From Geosiphon pyriformis uo1 (taxonomy: Eukaryota > Fungi > Glomeromycota), in contig JAAOMT010000009.1 in assembly GCA_016748015.1 (NCBI GenBank), positions 1,365,924 to 1,429,923 on the forward strand: 64,000 nt of DNA. Reading direction: 5' to 3'. The translations under genes were made by a program, and so were the position numbers. The notes beneath the pieces are model-generated. The model did not search any database. It was not told where the DNA came from and saw only the letters and a program-made list of their open reading frames with translations. Shown in pieces: positions 23,950 to 36,499 of the stretch; positions within the stretch are counted from its first letter, which is position 1; each line of letters opens with the position of its first letter.

Positions 23950-24632
23950 TTAACAAAAGAATATATAAGAACATAATTAACGTGACAGAAGAAATCAGAA
24001 AAATAGAAATTACAGACAATATCCATTTACTAGCCCAACAAATTTTTCAATTAATCCAACACCAGGAGATGGAAATTACAATCAGTCAACAAACCATTCA
24101 TTACAAAAATACAGCAAAGATACCACAAAACAAAGCACAGAAAAGACTTGAAAATGTTGTTGACAAGATCATAACCAAGATAAAATTGGCTATAACAGAA
24201 CAACAAATAGTCAGATTACACCAAGAACTTATCAGAGAAACATGGACTTGGTGAACACAACAATTTCTAAAAAACTATTGTTATTTCCACTTGGGACAAC
24301 ACATAAATATCCAGAATTTGTACATCGACAAAACAAAACAATTATTTAACACAACAATACTGAGACAACTGGAACAATTTGTGGGAAAGAACAATTTAGT
24401 CACACAAGCTCAAGCCATTTACTGGCTATATATGAGATTTTAAGACCAACCAGAAATTTTACTCAACACAGCAATAGATATAATTACAAGTAATCAATTG
24501 GAAAAAATGACCAACGCCCAATTTGAAGAACTACAAACTAAAATAACACAAGTAATACTCGAAAAAGAAGTTCAGGAAATAATTCAAAAAAGGGAATTAA
24601 AGGAGTTAGATTTCAACAGAGCTCAATATTAA
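23901..24632 (+). pseudogene. Extra ORF3 of the gypsy element in the env position (unknown, ~243 codons)
   Basis: Frame differs from pol. ATG 23901 to TAA 24630-24632, abutting the PPT. Four internal stops (TGA/TAA), each one C>T away from CGA/CAA. Includes listed ORF 23946-24254. Confidence 0.65.
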
Positions 24633-24645
24633 AAGGAGAGAATAA
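24631..24645 (+). other. Polypurine tract
   Basis: AAAAGGAGAGAATAA immediately before the TG of the 3' LTR at 24646. Confidence 0.8.
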
Positions 24646-25497
24646 TGTTACTCATAGAATATAGGAAATATAGTATTATTAGTCAGTAAATATTAGCCAA
24701 TCAGATATAGACGTAGTAAATATGGAATTCCAAGATTTCTCTCAGAGGAATTGTAGAATTCCAGAAATTTTAGGATTCTCTGACAAGGAATTGCAGGATT
24801 TCAGAATTTCAGGATTCCTCTTATCAAGAATCACAGAATTCCAGGAATTCCAAGATTCCTGTCACAAGAAATTAAGAACTTGAGGAATCTCAAATATGTA
24901 TATATAATAGTAGTATTAAAAGTAGAAAAAACAGAATCAACACCAAGAATTCTTAACTTAGTTACCACAATCCTCAAATAAATAATTATTCATCATCTCA
25001 AATTCACTCTTTACTATCAACATGAAGTGTTGATAGTAATCGATACTTAACTATACTGGAACAATAGCTCTTGATCACAGCTATTGACAGGATACTAACT
25101 TACAAATTGCCTTGGCTTATTTCTTGTTTTCTCTCTTATTTTTTTTTATTTTTTTTTATTTTTTTTATTTTCTGTGATTTTGTTATTGTGTACTAACCAA
25201 TTAATTAAAAGCACTGATTACTAATGTCAAGAATTGCCTGGTAAAAGACCCCTGCAAGTGGGTAGAACATGTACAAAAGATATGGATTATTTATCAGAGG
25301 ATTGCCGGCCACCAAGCCAAGAAAAAAATTGACAAACTTGCGAGTCTGGAAAGCTACGGATAAACAACTATTGAATCTCTATCCATTATACAAAGAACTC
25401 AATTGGAAAACCTTCAGATTATCATCATCACCAATCGTCTTGAGCACCAAGTTACAGGTTTGTTATTTTATCAACACCCAAATAATCACCTGTAACA
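24646..25497 (+). repeat. 3' LTR (852 bp)
   Basis: TGTTACTCATAG...TGTAACA followed by TSD TTGT. Confidence 0.95.
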
Positions 25498-26102
25498 TTG
25501 TCTATAACAAAGTTGGAAAAATAGAGTAGAGAACCAAAGACAGCATTATTGTTAACCCGCTTTGTCTTAGGAGTAGTAGCAGCCAAGCCCAACAGAGATT
25601 CACTATTCACACCAGACATTTTAACATTCTCATCATCACCAGACAAACTGTCCACATTAGAATAAACACTATCACCAGCCCAGATTTACTTAAGGAGATA
25701 TCTTTTTTATCACTTGAATATTTAACATTTCCAAGAGCAACTCTTTTCTTTTGAGAGAAAGAACCACTAGCAGAACCATGAAAAGCATCTTTAAGAGTTT
25801 TTTTATTAGACATGAAACTACTCATAGCAGTCTCCAAATTCACAAAAAATGAGTTATTATTAAGTAAAAAAATATTGATATAAACTAACAAGAAAAAATA
25901 AAAAAACTTCTTTTTCAGAAAATGTGCTTTTTGAGGATTTTGGGAGATAAGAAAAAAAGAAGTTTTTAAGTATTAATAGTTATTAAAATTTATAACTGGC
26001 ATTTTTGTTGGTATTATTATTCAAAATTTGAGATATTATTTAACATAAAATTGTCTTTATAATTTCTATTATTAATTAATATATATTATTATTTTAAATT
26101 TT

Positions 26103-27710
26103 TATTATTTATTTATTTATTTATTTAATGAATGCAGCTTAACTACTATTTAGCAAACAGAAACAAAGCAAAATGAATTAAACTAAATATAACTCATCCA
26201 TCAACAACACGTAATTAACTACTTGGGCCAATCAAAGCAATACTATACATTTACAACAATCCCTTTACCAACATCCAAACCTGAGAAAAATAAATACCAC
26301 TTTTACAAACCAAAACTAACAGCAAAAACTTCAATTATACCAAGTAAACAAACCATACTTTCAGAAAGCAAGGTAGGTAAGCTGCACATCAAACAAAAGA
26401 ATCCACTTGTATCATAAACCAAACCGTGTTTTTCCATATCAACTCTAAATCTAGACTTTAACAGCTATAATTTATTCCAATAATCTTTAGCCATATGGCA
26501 GACAAAATTAACAATTGACAATACAGTTTTCTTCTTATTACAAAACACAAAATATGTCTCCTTGATCCAATTCTTAAACATGAAGTTTTTACACAAAGCA
26601 GTCTATATATCGACATCAAAAGCTCCAAAAAAAGTGGCCAATACTGAGAAGAATGCAAGGAAACAATTTCCTGCTAATAACTTCTACAACATGACATAAC
26701 AAGAAATAACATCAAAATGCATCAAGGCATTCATAAAACAAATAAAAACATGGTCAAACATCTCTACATCTTCACATATCAAACACAAAACACTTAGATA
26801 GTTCTTGTTATACAACTTTTTATAAACAGTCACAGACAATCTTTTATATACAGTCTTTATCAAATATGTACACAAAGAAGCTGATTTTTTACTAATAAAC
26901 CTGACCAACATGTGAGAGTCTGAATGCCAAACTAAGACAGTGCATTTCCAATCTATGAATCCAATAATTAAACTGTTTAAGATGTCTGTACTAGGCCCCA
27001 TCTTCTACATAGCACAATTTATAGCATGGTAAAAATCATGAATAAAGTGTCAAACATTATCTAAAACTGCCAACTTATTAGCCAAAAAAAACTTTTCACA
27101 AATCCCAACAGAGAAACAAACACTTAATTGTGAAGCAGCACAAGCAAGAATATCTGTTTGGTCATTATCAACAACACCCAAATGCCCTTTTATCTTTATC
27201 TATCTTATTGAAATGTCTTTTGATTTGATTAAATTAGCAACATAACACCTTTCTATTCAAAACTTATTCTGAAAGTCAGGTTGATTCTGTTCATATTCCA
27301 ATAAATACATGTCAAGAACTGTCTGAGTGTCTATATACAAGACAACTAAGCAATATGAGAGGATGCACTTCAATGCCAAAGCAATTGTCTGTATTTTAAA
27401 CAATATAGAGGACAAAAAATCCTGTACCTTAACACTGACATCTAACTCAATATTAGAAAAAAAGACTGCTGTTCTATACACCACATCCTTAATATTTAAA
27501 CTCTTCAAAGAACTGTTAGTGTAAACATTAATCACTCCTGTCCAAATCTCATGCAAATGTTCATAAACTTTCAAAAACTCAACAGAACAGAAGAAATCAG
27601 AATCTTTTAAATTAGCAGCAATTCTATTAAAATTTAGCAGCTAATTATCTATGTACACATAAATCTTATTAAACCAAACTGGGACTAGACTCCTAAAACT
27701 TAATCTTTTC
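26103..27710 (-). mobile_element. 5'-truncated LINE (copy C): RNase H, C-terminal Zn finger, 3' UTR, (TAAA)n tail
   Basis: VYTNSSLK..IQTIALAL..DTQ (27257-27574); WHSDSHM..CLICEDVEMFDHVFIC (26684-27001). 3' UTR resembles copy B. (TTTA)n on + at ~26103-26127. Confidence 0.85.
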
Positions 27711-28630
27711 TATTTTAATTTATTATTTATTATTATTCAATTAATAATCTAATTTGTACAAAACACAAATAAAACCAATTATAATAATCAGATTATATTA
27801 TATACTGAACTATATAATATTCAAAATTTACCAAAACATTTAATAATTTAACAAAATATTTAACAATTTACTAAAATAATCTATAATTCACAAAAATAAC
27901 ATATAATTTAATAAAATATACTTTTAGTTACCAAAATATTAAAAAAAAAATACCAAATTATAGAATAGTATTATAATAAGTTGTATAAAAAAAGAACTTT
28001 TTTTTTCAAAAAAATATATATTAGCTAAAATTCATCTTAAATAGAACTAATATTTTTTCTAGTATTTTTATACAAATTAATTCCAATAAAACTTACTTTG
28101 AAAACCTAAAAATTTTTAATTATTCTTATTGTAAAATTAATTATTTTATACTAATATTTTAAAATTAATTAGCTATTAATTTTAGTAAACTATTAATAAC
28201 TTCCAAGCTTAGATCTAAAACAACTTTTTTAATACATTTTTTTATTTTTTTTTCTTTAATTTATTTATTTTTTCTTTTATTTTTTTTATATTATTGAATA
28301 CTTTACAATTGAAATTTTTTTACAAAAAATTGACTTTTACAGCAAAGTAACTATATATATTTAAAAAGCTTACAGACAAGATTTTCTTGTAAAAAAAATT
28401 AACTTTTACAACAAAATAACTATATACATTTTTAAAAAACTTGCATACAAAATTTTTTTGTAAAAAAATTAACTTTTATTACAAAGTAATTATACAAATA
28501 ATTGGTATAAAATTGGTTATTTTATCATAAATTTAATAGTATATACAGTATAAAAAAATACTTTAAAAGAAAAATTGGCTTATTAAAAGTTTACCAATTT
28601 TTATTAACAGCAAAATTAACAACAAAATAA
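27710..28630 (+). repeat. Dispersed AT-rich non-coding repeat 'R' with ~70-bp internal tandem units (continues at 26030-26100 and after 29430)
   Basis: Matches 39750-40060 directly, and 37640-38480, 41430-41670 and 48540-48850 in reverse complement (e.g. TTCCAAGCTTAGATCTAAAAC vs GTTTTAGATCCAAGCTT). Three tandem units AAAAATT(G/A)ACTTTTA..CAAA.TAA.TATA at ~28320-28500. Confidence 0.65.
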
Positions 28631-28633
28631 CAT

Positions 28634-29425
28634 TGTTATTCATAGATATTAAGGATTATAATAAGCAAATAAAATAGCCAATCAGAAATAGGCATAGTAA
28701 AAAAAAAAATTCTAGAATTTCTCTTAAAAAATTGCAAAATTTCTTTTAAAAAAATTAAAAATTTTCAAGAAATCTCATATAATATAAATTATATATATAT
28801 AGTGAGAGTATTAAAAGCAAAAAAATATTCAAATAATTTAAAATAACAATACTTTTTTTTAAAAAAATAGTTTTCTATAACTTGAAATATGATCATTTTC
28901 TTATTAATAAAATTATCTATTATCATCTAATTTATGTTATCATTACTTAATTAAAGAAATATTAATCACTTTTATACTATTAACACTTTATGTTAATAAA
29001 ATTCAATACTTAATTATATTGAACTAATAGCTTTTAATTATTGTTATTAATGGAATCCTAATTTCTTATTTTTTTTTCTTATTTTGTTTTATTTTGTTTT
29101 ATTTTTTTGTTGTTTATTAATTAATTAAAGAAATTAATACTGAGTATTTGATGTCAAGGATAGTTTGGTAAAAAATTTAAAAACAAGGGTAAAAATTTAA
29201 AGATAATTTATTAAAAAGACATGACTGTCAGAATAAACTGGTTATTATGCTAAAAAAAAAAATTCACAAAAAAAACTATTAATTAAATCTCTGTTTATTA
29301 TACAAAAAACTCAACCAAAACTTTCAGACTTTAAAACTTTCAGAAATTACCAACATTTTTAGCTATTAAGCATTAAGTTATGGGTTTGTTATTTGTTTTA
29401 ACATTCCAAATAATCACTTGTAATA
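28634..29425 (+). mobile_element. Highly decayed solo LTR related to the 15265-25497 element
   Basis: TGTTATTCATAG start, AGCCAATCAG, TATATATA, GATGTCAAGGATAGTTTGGTAAAA core, TAAGTTATGGGTTTGTTATTT, end AATAATCACTTGTAATA. Flanks ACAT/ATAT fit a 4-bp TSD with one C>T. Confidence 0.8.
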
Positions 29426-29783
29426 ATATTAACAACACTTAGAAAAGAGTAAAAAAATCTTTAATAATACTGAAATTTCTGAAATTTTTAAAATTTTTAT
29501 TGGTATTTCTGAAATTTTTAGTATTATATGCTTTAATAATCTTGTATTTTATTATTGGCTATTTTTACTTATAATTTTTTTTATTTTTTTTCTGTTTTAT
29601 TTTATAAATAATAATATTTATGTTAAAAAATTTGTTCTTATTATTTGTTTAATTATATTTGGTTTAATAAATATTATCTTTAAAAACATAGTTATAATTG
29701 TAATTTTAAAGATTTTATCAAATTTTTATTTTATTTTTATAAGTTAAAAAAATTAGTCTTAAAATTTATTAAATTTATTAAAT

Positions 29784-32700
29784 CTCTTGTTGATCTCCTG
29801 ATTACAATGAGAGCTTAATTATTTTGAAGAAATAAATTTTTCTTTCTTTTTTACCTCTATAAGTTTTGCAGTTATTTTTTCCAATGTACTTTTGTTCATG
29901 AATATGGATTTAGTAGGCTTTTCTACTAGTGGGTTGGTGTTTATTTTGGCTGGGTTGGAGATCCAGTCAGATGTTAAAACCAAGCATCTGGTAGGTGCTT
30001 ATTTATGAAGTGCTTTTTATAAAAAACCCAAAAAGTCTGCTGTTGCTGATGGTATTGTTGAGATGTCTGCTAGCCCTCTGGTTTTTACAGATATGAATGC
30101 TTTGGAAGTTAATGATAAGATAGACAACACTATTCTCAGGAAGACACATACTAAGATATACATTTTAGGTAGCAAGCCAAACAAGATTTTTTCAACAAAA
30201 GCAATGATGATGATAATATTTTAACACTTCCGGCTTCTAAATTTTCTGGTGCTAAGCATTTGCTGGCTGTTGAATTACATGTCTTGAATAAACACAATTT
30301 CAGACCAGTCAAATTTTTTGTGCTTGATGTTGAATTGTCAGCTGTACCTAAAAAGACTAATAGTAATAAATTAATGGCAATAAAAAAAATTTTTTATTGA
30401 GTTAATGGTTTTGGAGGAGGCATTAACTCTCTTAAAATTTCCAGGAATCATCAGAGCTTTATTTACTTTTGAATCTAGTATAAATAAGGCAAAAAAATTG
30501 ACAATCTGTGAAAAGATTATTGTTAATAATGATTTAAAAAAAGTAAATAGCCATTCGAATCAGGAAATAATTGTTAAGAAAATCCCAGTCAATCTTTCCA
30601 AATTGGCTGTAAAGTCTGTTTTTTTCAAGTTTGGCTAGATTGTATCAATCAAGATGCAATTGATTGGTTTATGGCAAAAGGCTTTGGTAGAGTTTGAATT
30701 ATCAAATGTGGCTAGTTTAGTTGCTTCTAAATGATCAGTTTTTATGAAAAAGAACTCAATGCATGTGATTTTGGCTATTAATGACAAGGAATTTTGGATA
30801 ATAAGAGATTATTATTGGGCTCTATTGTATACTCTTTTAGTAGGAACCACAGCTCATAATTTGTCTGGTTTGTTGGAATCACATGGTGGGAAATCTTGTT
30901 TTATTGGCCATAATCTCAGTTTATATGTGTATAACAGATGTGTGATAGTATGTTTTACTAATAAAACATCCAAATTGGTTGCTATTGGTTCTGTTCCTAT
31001 TTTTAAAGATGTGAAATTACATTGGGCTGAACTTTCTTTGGCCTGTTGTGTTTTATGTAAACAATTTGGTCATGTTTCTGATATTTGTTTGGTAGGTGGG
31101 AATTTGGATAATCATAATAGGCATATGATAACATCTCTGGATCAAGTTTGTTTGGCCAAAATATATAAAAAGAAGCAGACTCCTGTTGTATGCCCTGTTT
31201 TATTTAGAGGTAAAACTTGGGCTCAAATTGCTGGTGATTCTTCTTTTTGTGTGGTTTTGTCAATTTTATTTGGTGATGGATTACTTTTGGGTGTAGTGTA
31301 TCTTTTCCAAAATCTTGCTTCTTTTGTTGATTCTGGCCTAAATGATTGTCTGGTGGTCTTGAAACACTCTTTGGAACTTTTAATGGACCAGGTTTCTGCT
31401 CTCATGAAAAAGTTAAGTTTAGTGGAGTTGATGTCCTTGGCTACATTTTCTTATGCTCTCTCTCCAGCTGCTCCTGTTTCTGTGACTCTTGTTTTAGATT
31501 CGGATATGTTTTTGAATAATGTGTTAGTATTATCTATTCCTCTTTTTTCAGTTGGTTTTGACACAGTTGCTAATTTTAGTTCTAAAGTAAGTGGATTGAA
31601 GTCAAAAATAGTGGCATTGGAAGCTTTAGTTGATTCAGTTTTGAAAAGATTAGATTATTTGTGTTCTGGTTTGGGTTCATTAGTTTTCTTCTTATCTCAA
31701 TAATCAGTTTGGTTTGGAAAATTGTTATATGCAATGCTCAGGGTATGAACAATCTTGCAAAACAGAAAGATATTGTTTATTGGCACAAAGACATGGGCAA
31801 TTTGATTTTAATCATCATTGAAACTAAGTTAAGGAGTAAAATTTGTTTGTGAATTGCTGATAAGTTTGATGGTGTTTGTGTATTTATATCTGGTTTGGAT
31901 TCTGGATATCTGGGAGCTGGTGTTGTGGTTATCATGGACTTTTTTTTGACAAAACATGTATACAAAGTTTCTGAAATGCCTAGTCAGCTTCTATCCATTA
32001 GATTGTTTTTCAAAAATAAACTTTCTGTGTCAGTTTTGGGGTTTTACACTGGTGCTTTGTCTGTGGTTTGGTTTTCACAGACTGATAAAATCAACTTTCT
32101 TATTGTGAAGACTGTTAACAAATCTTCTTTTATCATCCTTGGTAGTAACTTTAATAAAGACAGTTTGTAAAAATGTGCTAGTTTTAAAAAATATATCAAT
32201 TTAGGGCTGGTCAATTCTTTGGTAAGTAGTTTGGTCATAAAATGTCCTACATAGAGAAATTCAAGAGATGTGAAAAAAACAATTGATTATATATTGGTTT
32301 TGTCAAATTTAATCAGTGCAGTAGTAGATTGCATTGTCATAAACATTGATGATCACTTTGACACTGATTATCAAGCTGTTTCTGTGTTGGTAAGTCTGAG
32401 TGGTTTACTAGACACTCAGTTGAACTCTCTTTGCAGGCAGGCAAATAAAGATTACTGGAAGTTTGATTTTAAAAGTGCTGATAATGCAAACTGGGGCAAG
32501 TTTAAAGATACTATAATAGTCAATGCCATCATATTCTCTAATAATTTTATTACTTCCGAGCAATTCTTGGACTTGGATGTAATATGGAATGCAGTTTGCA
32601 AGATTATAACACTATCAGCTAATAAGATATTTAAAAAGAAATGGTTTAAGAGTTTTGATAGTATTTTTACCAAGGAATCTTCCAGGTTTCATAAGCTGGA

Positions 32701-35700
32701 GCTTTTGGTCTCGAAAATTGCTAAAGCCTCTTATGAAAAAAATGTTAATAGATTTGCTTTCCTTATGAAACACTGGGATTATTTGGACAATGTTAAGGCT
32801 TCGATTGTACAGAATATTGTAAACTTTGGTGTGGGTTTTAATTGTATGCAAAAGTCATATTATGCCTCCAAGTTTGCTGAGTTCTTGTAATCTGAAGAGT
32901 CAAGAATAAAGTTGGCTATTAATTGACAGATGAAAAATTTTGCAGTTGATAAAAGTCACACAATCAGGAGTGTACTAAAGCATTCTTTTCAAAAGATGGT
33001 TTTGGACCATCTGGTAATTAAGGATGAATTGATTCTGGAATCCAACTTAGTTAAAACCAAGATTGACATTATTATGGAGGGCTAAACCAAGAAGTGTAAT
33101 GTGGTGAAAGATTTTTCTGATGATTGGTTTCATCAATATTGGCTTTTGGAATACATTTTTAATGATGCTTTTTCAAATGTAATGTGTTTGGTTAGTCTTG
33201 ATGAATTACTTGGAGTGGTTTTTAATCTGTCTGATGGCAAAGCTGCTGATCTTTCTGGGATGTCAAACAAGCTTTGGAAGCATTGTGACAAATCAATCTT
33301 GGATATGTTTTTGGTGTTTTTGAACTCCTGTTTGTCTTGTGTGTTAATGTCTGGTACTTGGAAGGAGGCTTGAGTCTTGATAATTCCAAAACCATATAAG
33401 TGGGAAAGAGTTCTTATGAACACCTAACCTATTGCTTTAATTAAAACCACCCACAAAATCCTTTTTAAGATTTTCTTAGACAAGATTTCTTTGGCATGCA
33501 GCACTTTTGATGTCTTACATAGAAACAATTTCTCAATTCTAAAAAGTATAACAATGCAATCTTCTATTTTTGCCATTGGTTCAGTTATTAAGAATGCTTT
33601 AGAAAAGAACTATAAACTCTGACTAGTCTTGTAAAACATGTAAAAAGCTTATGACTCTGTTGGGTGGGAGCATCTTAGGAACAGTTTGATCAGAATAAAG
33701 ATATGTGACAAGTTTATTGGATTTTTTGGTAATATTTACAATGGTTGTGTTAATAGAGTGATAACAGATTTTGGTTTAATAACTGGATATCAGGTGTATG
33801 ATGGTTTGGATCAAAGAGAGGTGTTCTTACCATTTCTTTGGCACATATTTTATGATTCTTTTTTGTGTGAAGTCAAGAAACAGGAAAGCATATATGAATA
33901 TAGACTGAACTCTTATTATGTTGTCAGGACTGGTTATTTAGAATCTCAAGCTAAATTGACATTTTTTTTTGCTGCTGGTGCTTTTATTGATGACACAATC
34001 TGAATTGGTAGCAGCCAAGCTATAACTCAACACATTTTCAATGTTGCTAGTGAATTTTTTCAGATTAATGACATTTCTATTAATAATGACAAGACAATGG
34101 TAATTCTTATTAATTGCAGAGTTACATATCCTAATTTGTCTATTAGTAGTTCATCTATATTCATTGCCAAAAAAGGAGAGTCTTATTACTACTTAGAGAT
34201 TTTTTTGTTGACTGAAGATTTGTCAAAGTCTAGTCTGACTAAGACAGATTTTAATGTTAGATTTTTTACCAATCTGGTTCTAAGAAAAGCCATTTCTGAT
34301 AAACAGTTTTTGTATCTGGTGTCAGTGATTCTTTACCCTATTTTTAACTACAAAACACAGTTCAGTTTTGTTCCTATCAGTGTGTGTAATAAATGGGATT
34401 CTTTGATTCATAGGGGCTTAAAGCTGAAGTCAGATTTGCCTCTCAATTTTCCCAATAATGCACTTTGTCACTCTTTGTTGTATGGTTTAAAAACTTTCAA
34501 GCAAGTTCAGGCTGAAAGCAAGGTTGCTTCTGTTATGTGCTTTGTAAACTCTGTTGGGATTTTGGGTCAGTTGTTTTTGTACAGATCTTATAACTTGCAG
34601 GTTCTGTTTTGGAGTCTACTCTACTCTTTGGTCTCTCCAGTTCATATTAAAGTCAGTGCTTCTAATAATTTTTTGGCAGGTGTGATTTGTATTTTTTTTG
34701 GGTGCAGTCTTTCTTTAGATGGTCATGTAAACAATTCTTTCTGTTTTTGTGGTAAAACTCCCATATTATCAGTTCTTGGAAAAATTAATTATTTTAAGTT
34801 TCTTCTGTCCCTTTAGTGATATGGTATTGCTTTTGTTAAACAGCTTCACAATAAAAATGAAGCCATTTTTAATTGGAGGACTTTCAAGTGTTGAAAAAGG
34901 CTGGACCCACATGGTCTTATTTCTGATTGGTTTAGACTTTCTGTCAACTTTTTTAATAGTGTAGCTTCTTTCTCTGCTTGTTTTTCTCCTATGAGTATTA
35001 TTGAACCTTTGAATATTTTGGATTTTAGTGAGTTTAGATTGATTCATAATCAGTTGTTGGGTCTTCAGACTGACAGTCTTTCTGTTTATATGGATAGATC
35101 TCTGAAGAGCTTAAGGAGTATTGACATAAGAGCTGGTGCTGTGGTCTTTTTTAAAAATATAAGCTTGGGTTTAGAGATCAGAGTTTCTGGTCTAATGTCT
35201 TCTATTTTGGCTAAATTGCAGGCCATTATGTTGGCTTTTAAGTATATCTCTTCTCTTAGCACAATTAGTGTTTTTATGGACAGTTAGACTGCTTTGGATG
35301 CATACATATTAGAATTAGATCTAGTTTATCCAGATTTTTGGAATCACTGTTGGATCAAATGTTAGCACATTGTGAATATTATTAAGAAAAAGAATTTGAA
35401 TGTTAGCTGGCACAAGATAAAAGGTCATTTAGGTATTGTGAGTAACAAACATGCTAACACACTTGCTGACACAGTTTCTCTTTCTCCCTGATGTCTTCCT
35501 TTTTGTGTGAATAAAAGTTGTATTTTAGCTAAAGGTAATGTTATTTCTGGTAATTCAAGATATTTTGTTTGTGGGGTTTTTCAGTCCATTCATCGTACAT
35601 GCTAGAAAATTGGTTTAGGTTCTAGAGTTTTGGATAATAGTCTGTGCTTAGACGTTAATTGGCTTAGCTTATCATTGATGTGGCATCTGGACTTGTACAT

Positions 35701-36499
35701 GGCTGCTGGCTTTACTAGTAAATTTATGACTGGTGCTTGCACATATTTTATGAAAGCTTTATATTATTGGCTGCCAATTGTTGTTTGGAAGCACTTGTAT
35801 AACAGATGTTACCCCAGTGTATTGTGTTTGTATTGTGATAAGATAGAGGTCTCTAATCATGTTTTTTCTTGTAAGGTTGATAATTCTGTTTATTGTTGCT
35901 TGTTGGATGCTTATGCTGCTGCTTGGGGAGTGCTTTCTGGTCTTTTCATCTTCTTTTCAAGTGTTTTTCAATTACTGTTCTCCTGTATTTTAAATGGTGT
36001 GGTTTGCACAGCTCTTTACAAGGGCTTTGTTTTTAAAAAGTGGCTTTGAGAAACTATGTTTGTCTTCAGATGTTCCAAATTAGCTGGTTAAAAGGTTGTG
36101 AAATTTGTGCATAACTTATGTCTTGCCTTTAGGGCCAAGATTTAGTTGGTCTATGCTAAATATTGCCCCTATATAAAAAAAAGTAGAATGATATTACATA
36201 ATGGTTCAGCTCTAGTTTCAGTTTCTGGGCTGTTTGTGATGCTTTCTGTGAGTGTGGTCAAATTGTTGGGTATTGCTGAGACAATAGGTGTGGATTTTAG
36301 ACTTCATAAGTTTTGTTTGTTTTTCTCAGATGTTGGAGACTCAGTCTCAGTATATATAGGTGCTTAATATGATTCTGATCAGTCTGAGTGGCTGGTCACA
36401 TGTAGAAAATACATGATTTACATTTAGTTTAGATTAATTATTTGATGTATTATACTAGTTAGTGTTTGGACCTTACTCATAAAATAAATAAATAAATAA
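29784..36499 (+). mobile_element. Full-length degenerate LINE (copy D): ORF1 ~29898-31703, ORF2 ~31700-36367, 3' UTR, (TAAA)n tail
   Basis: ORF1 RRM-like region plus CVLCKQFGHVSDIC. ORF2 APE, RT (AFIDDTI), RNase H, CLYC..HVFSC. Candidate TSD AAATTTATTAAAT at 29771-29783 and 36500-36512. Confidence 0.92.

Larger units (their letters stand above)
15265..25497 (+). mobile_element. Full-length degenerate Ty3/gypsy LTR retrotransposon (~10.2 kb) with dUTPase, Zn-finger insert and extra 3' ORF
   Basis: Two ~830-850-bp direct repeats starting TGTTAC and ending TGTAA(C/T)A. TSD TTGT at 15261-15264 and 25498-25501. PBS and PPT present. Domain order gag-PR-RT-RNH-IN. Confidence 0.96.
8272..25960 (-). 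mobile_element. Full-length degenerate LINE (copy B), interrupted by a solo-LTR-like element (8676-9287) and a gypsy element (15265-25497)
   Basis: Poly(T) on + at 8272-8280. ORF2 fragments run from 13708 down to 8406 (APE, RT, RNase H VYTDGSL/KVKGH, Zn finger). ORF1 fragments at 13705-15260 and 25502-25825 (zinc knuckle CEHCGKFGHSVLEC) rejoin across the gypsy insertion (..FVIDN|DEIVF..). Pyrimidine-rich 5' UTR ~25860-25960. Confidence 0.9.

Noticed and set aside
25269-25529. ORF MYKRYGL.. as an LTR-initiated start of gag
   Set aside because: The ATG is ACG in the 5' LTR, and the frame stops at a TGA inside the PBS. The T-poor strand makes all frames look semi-open.
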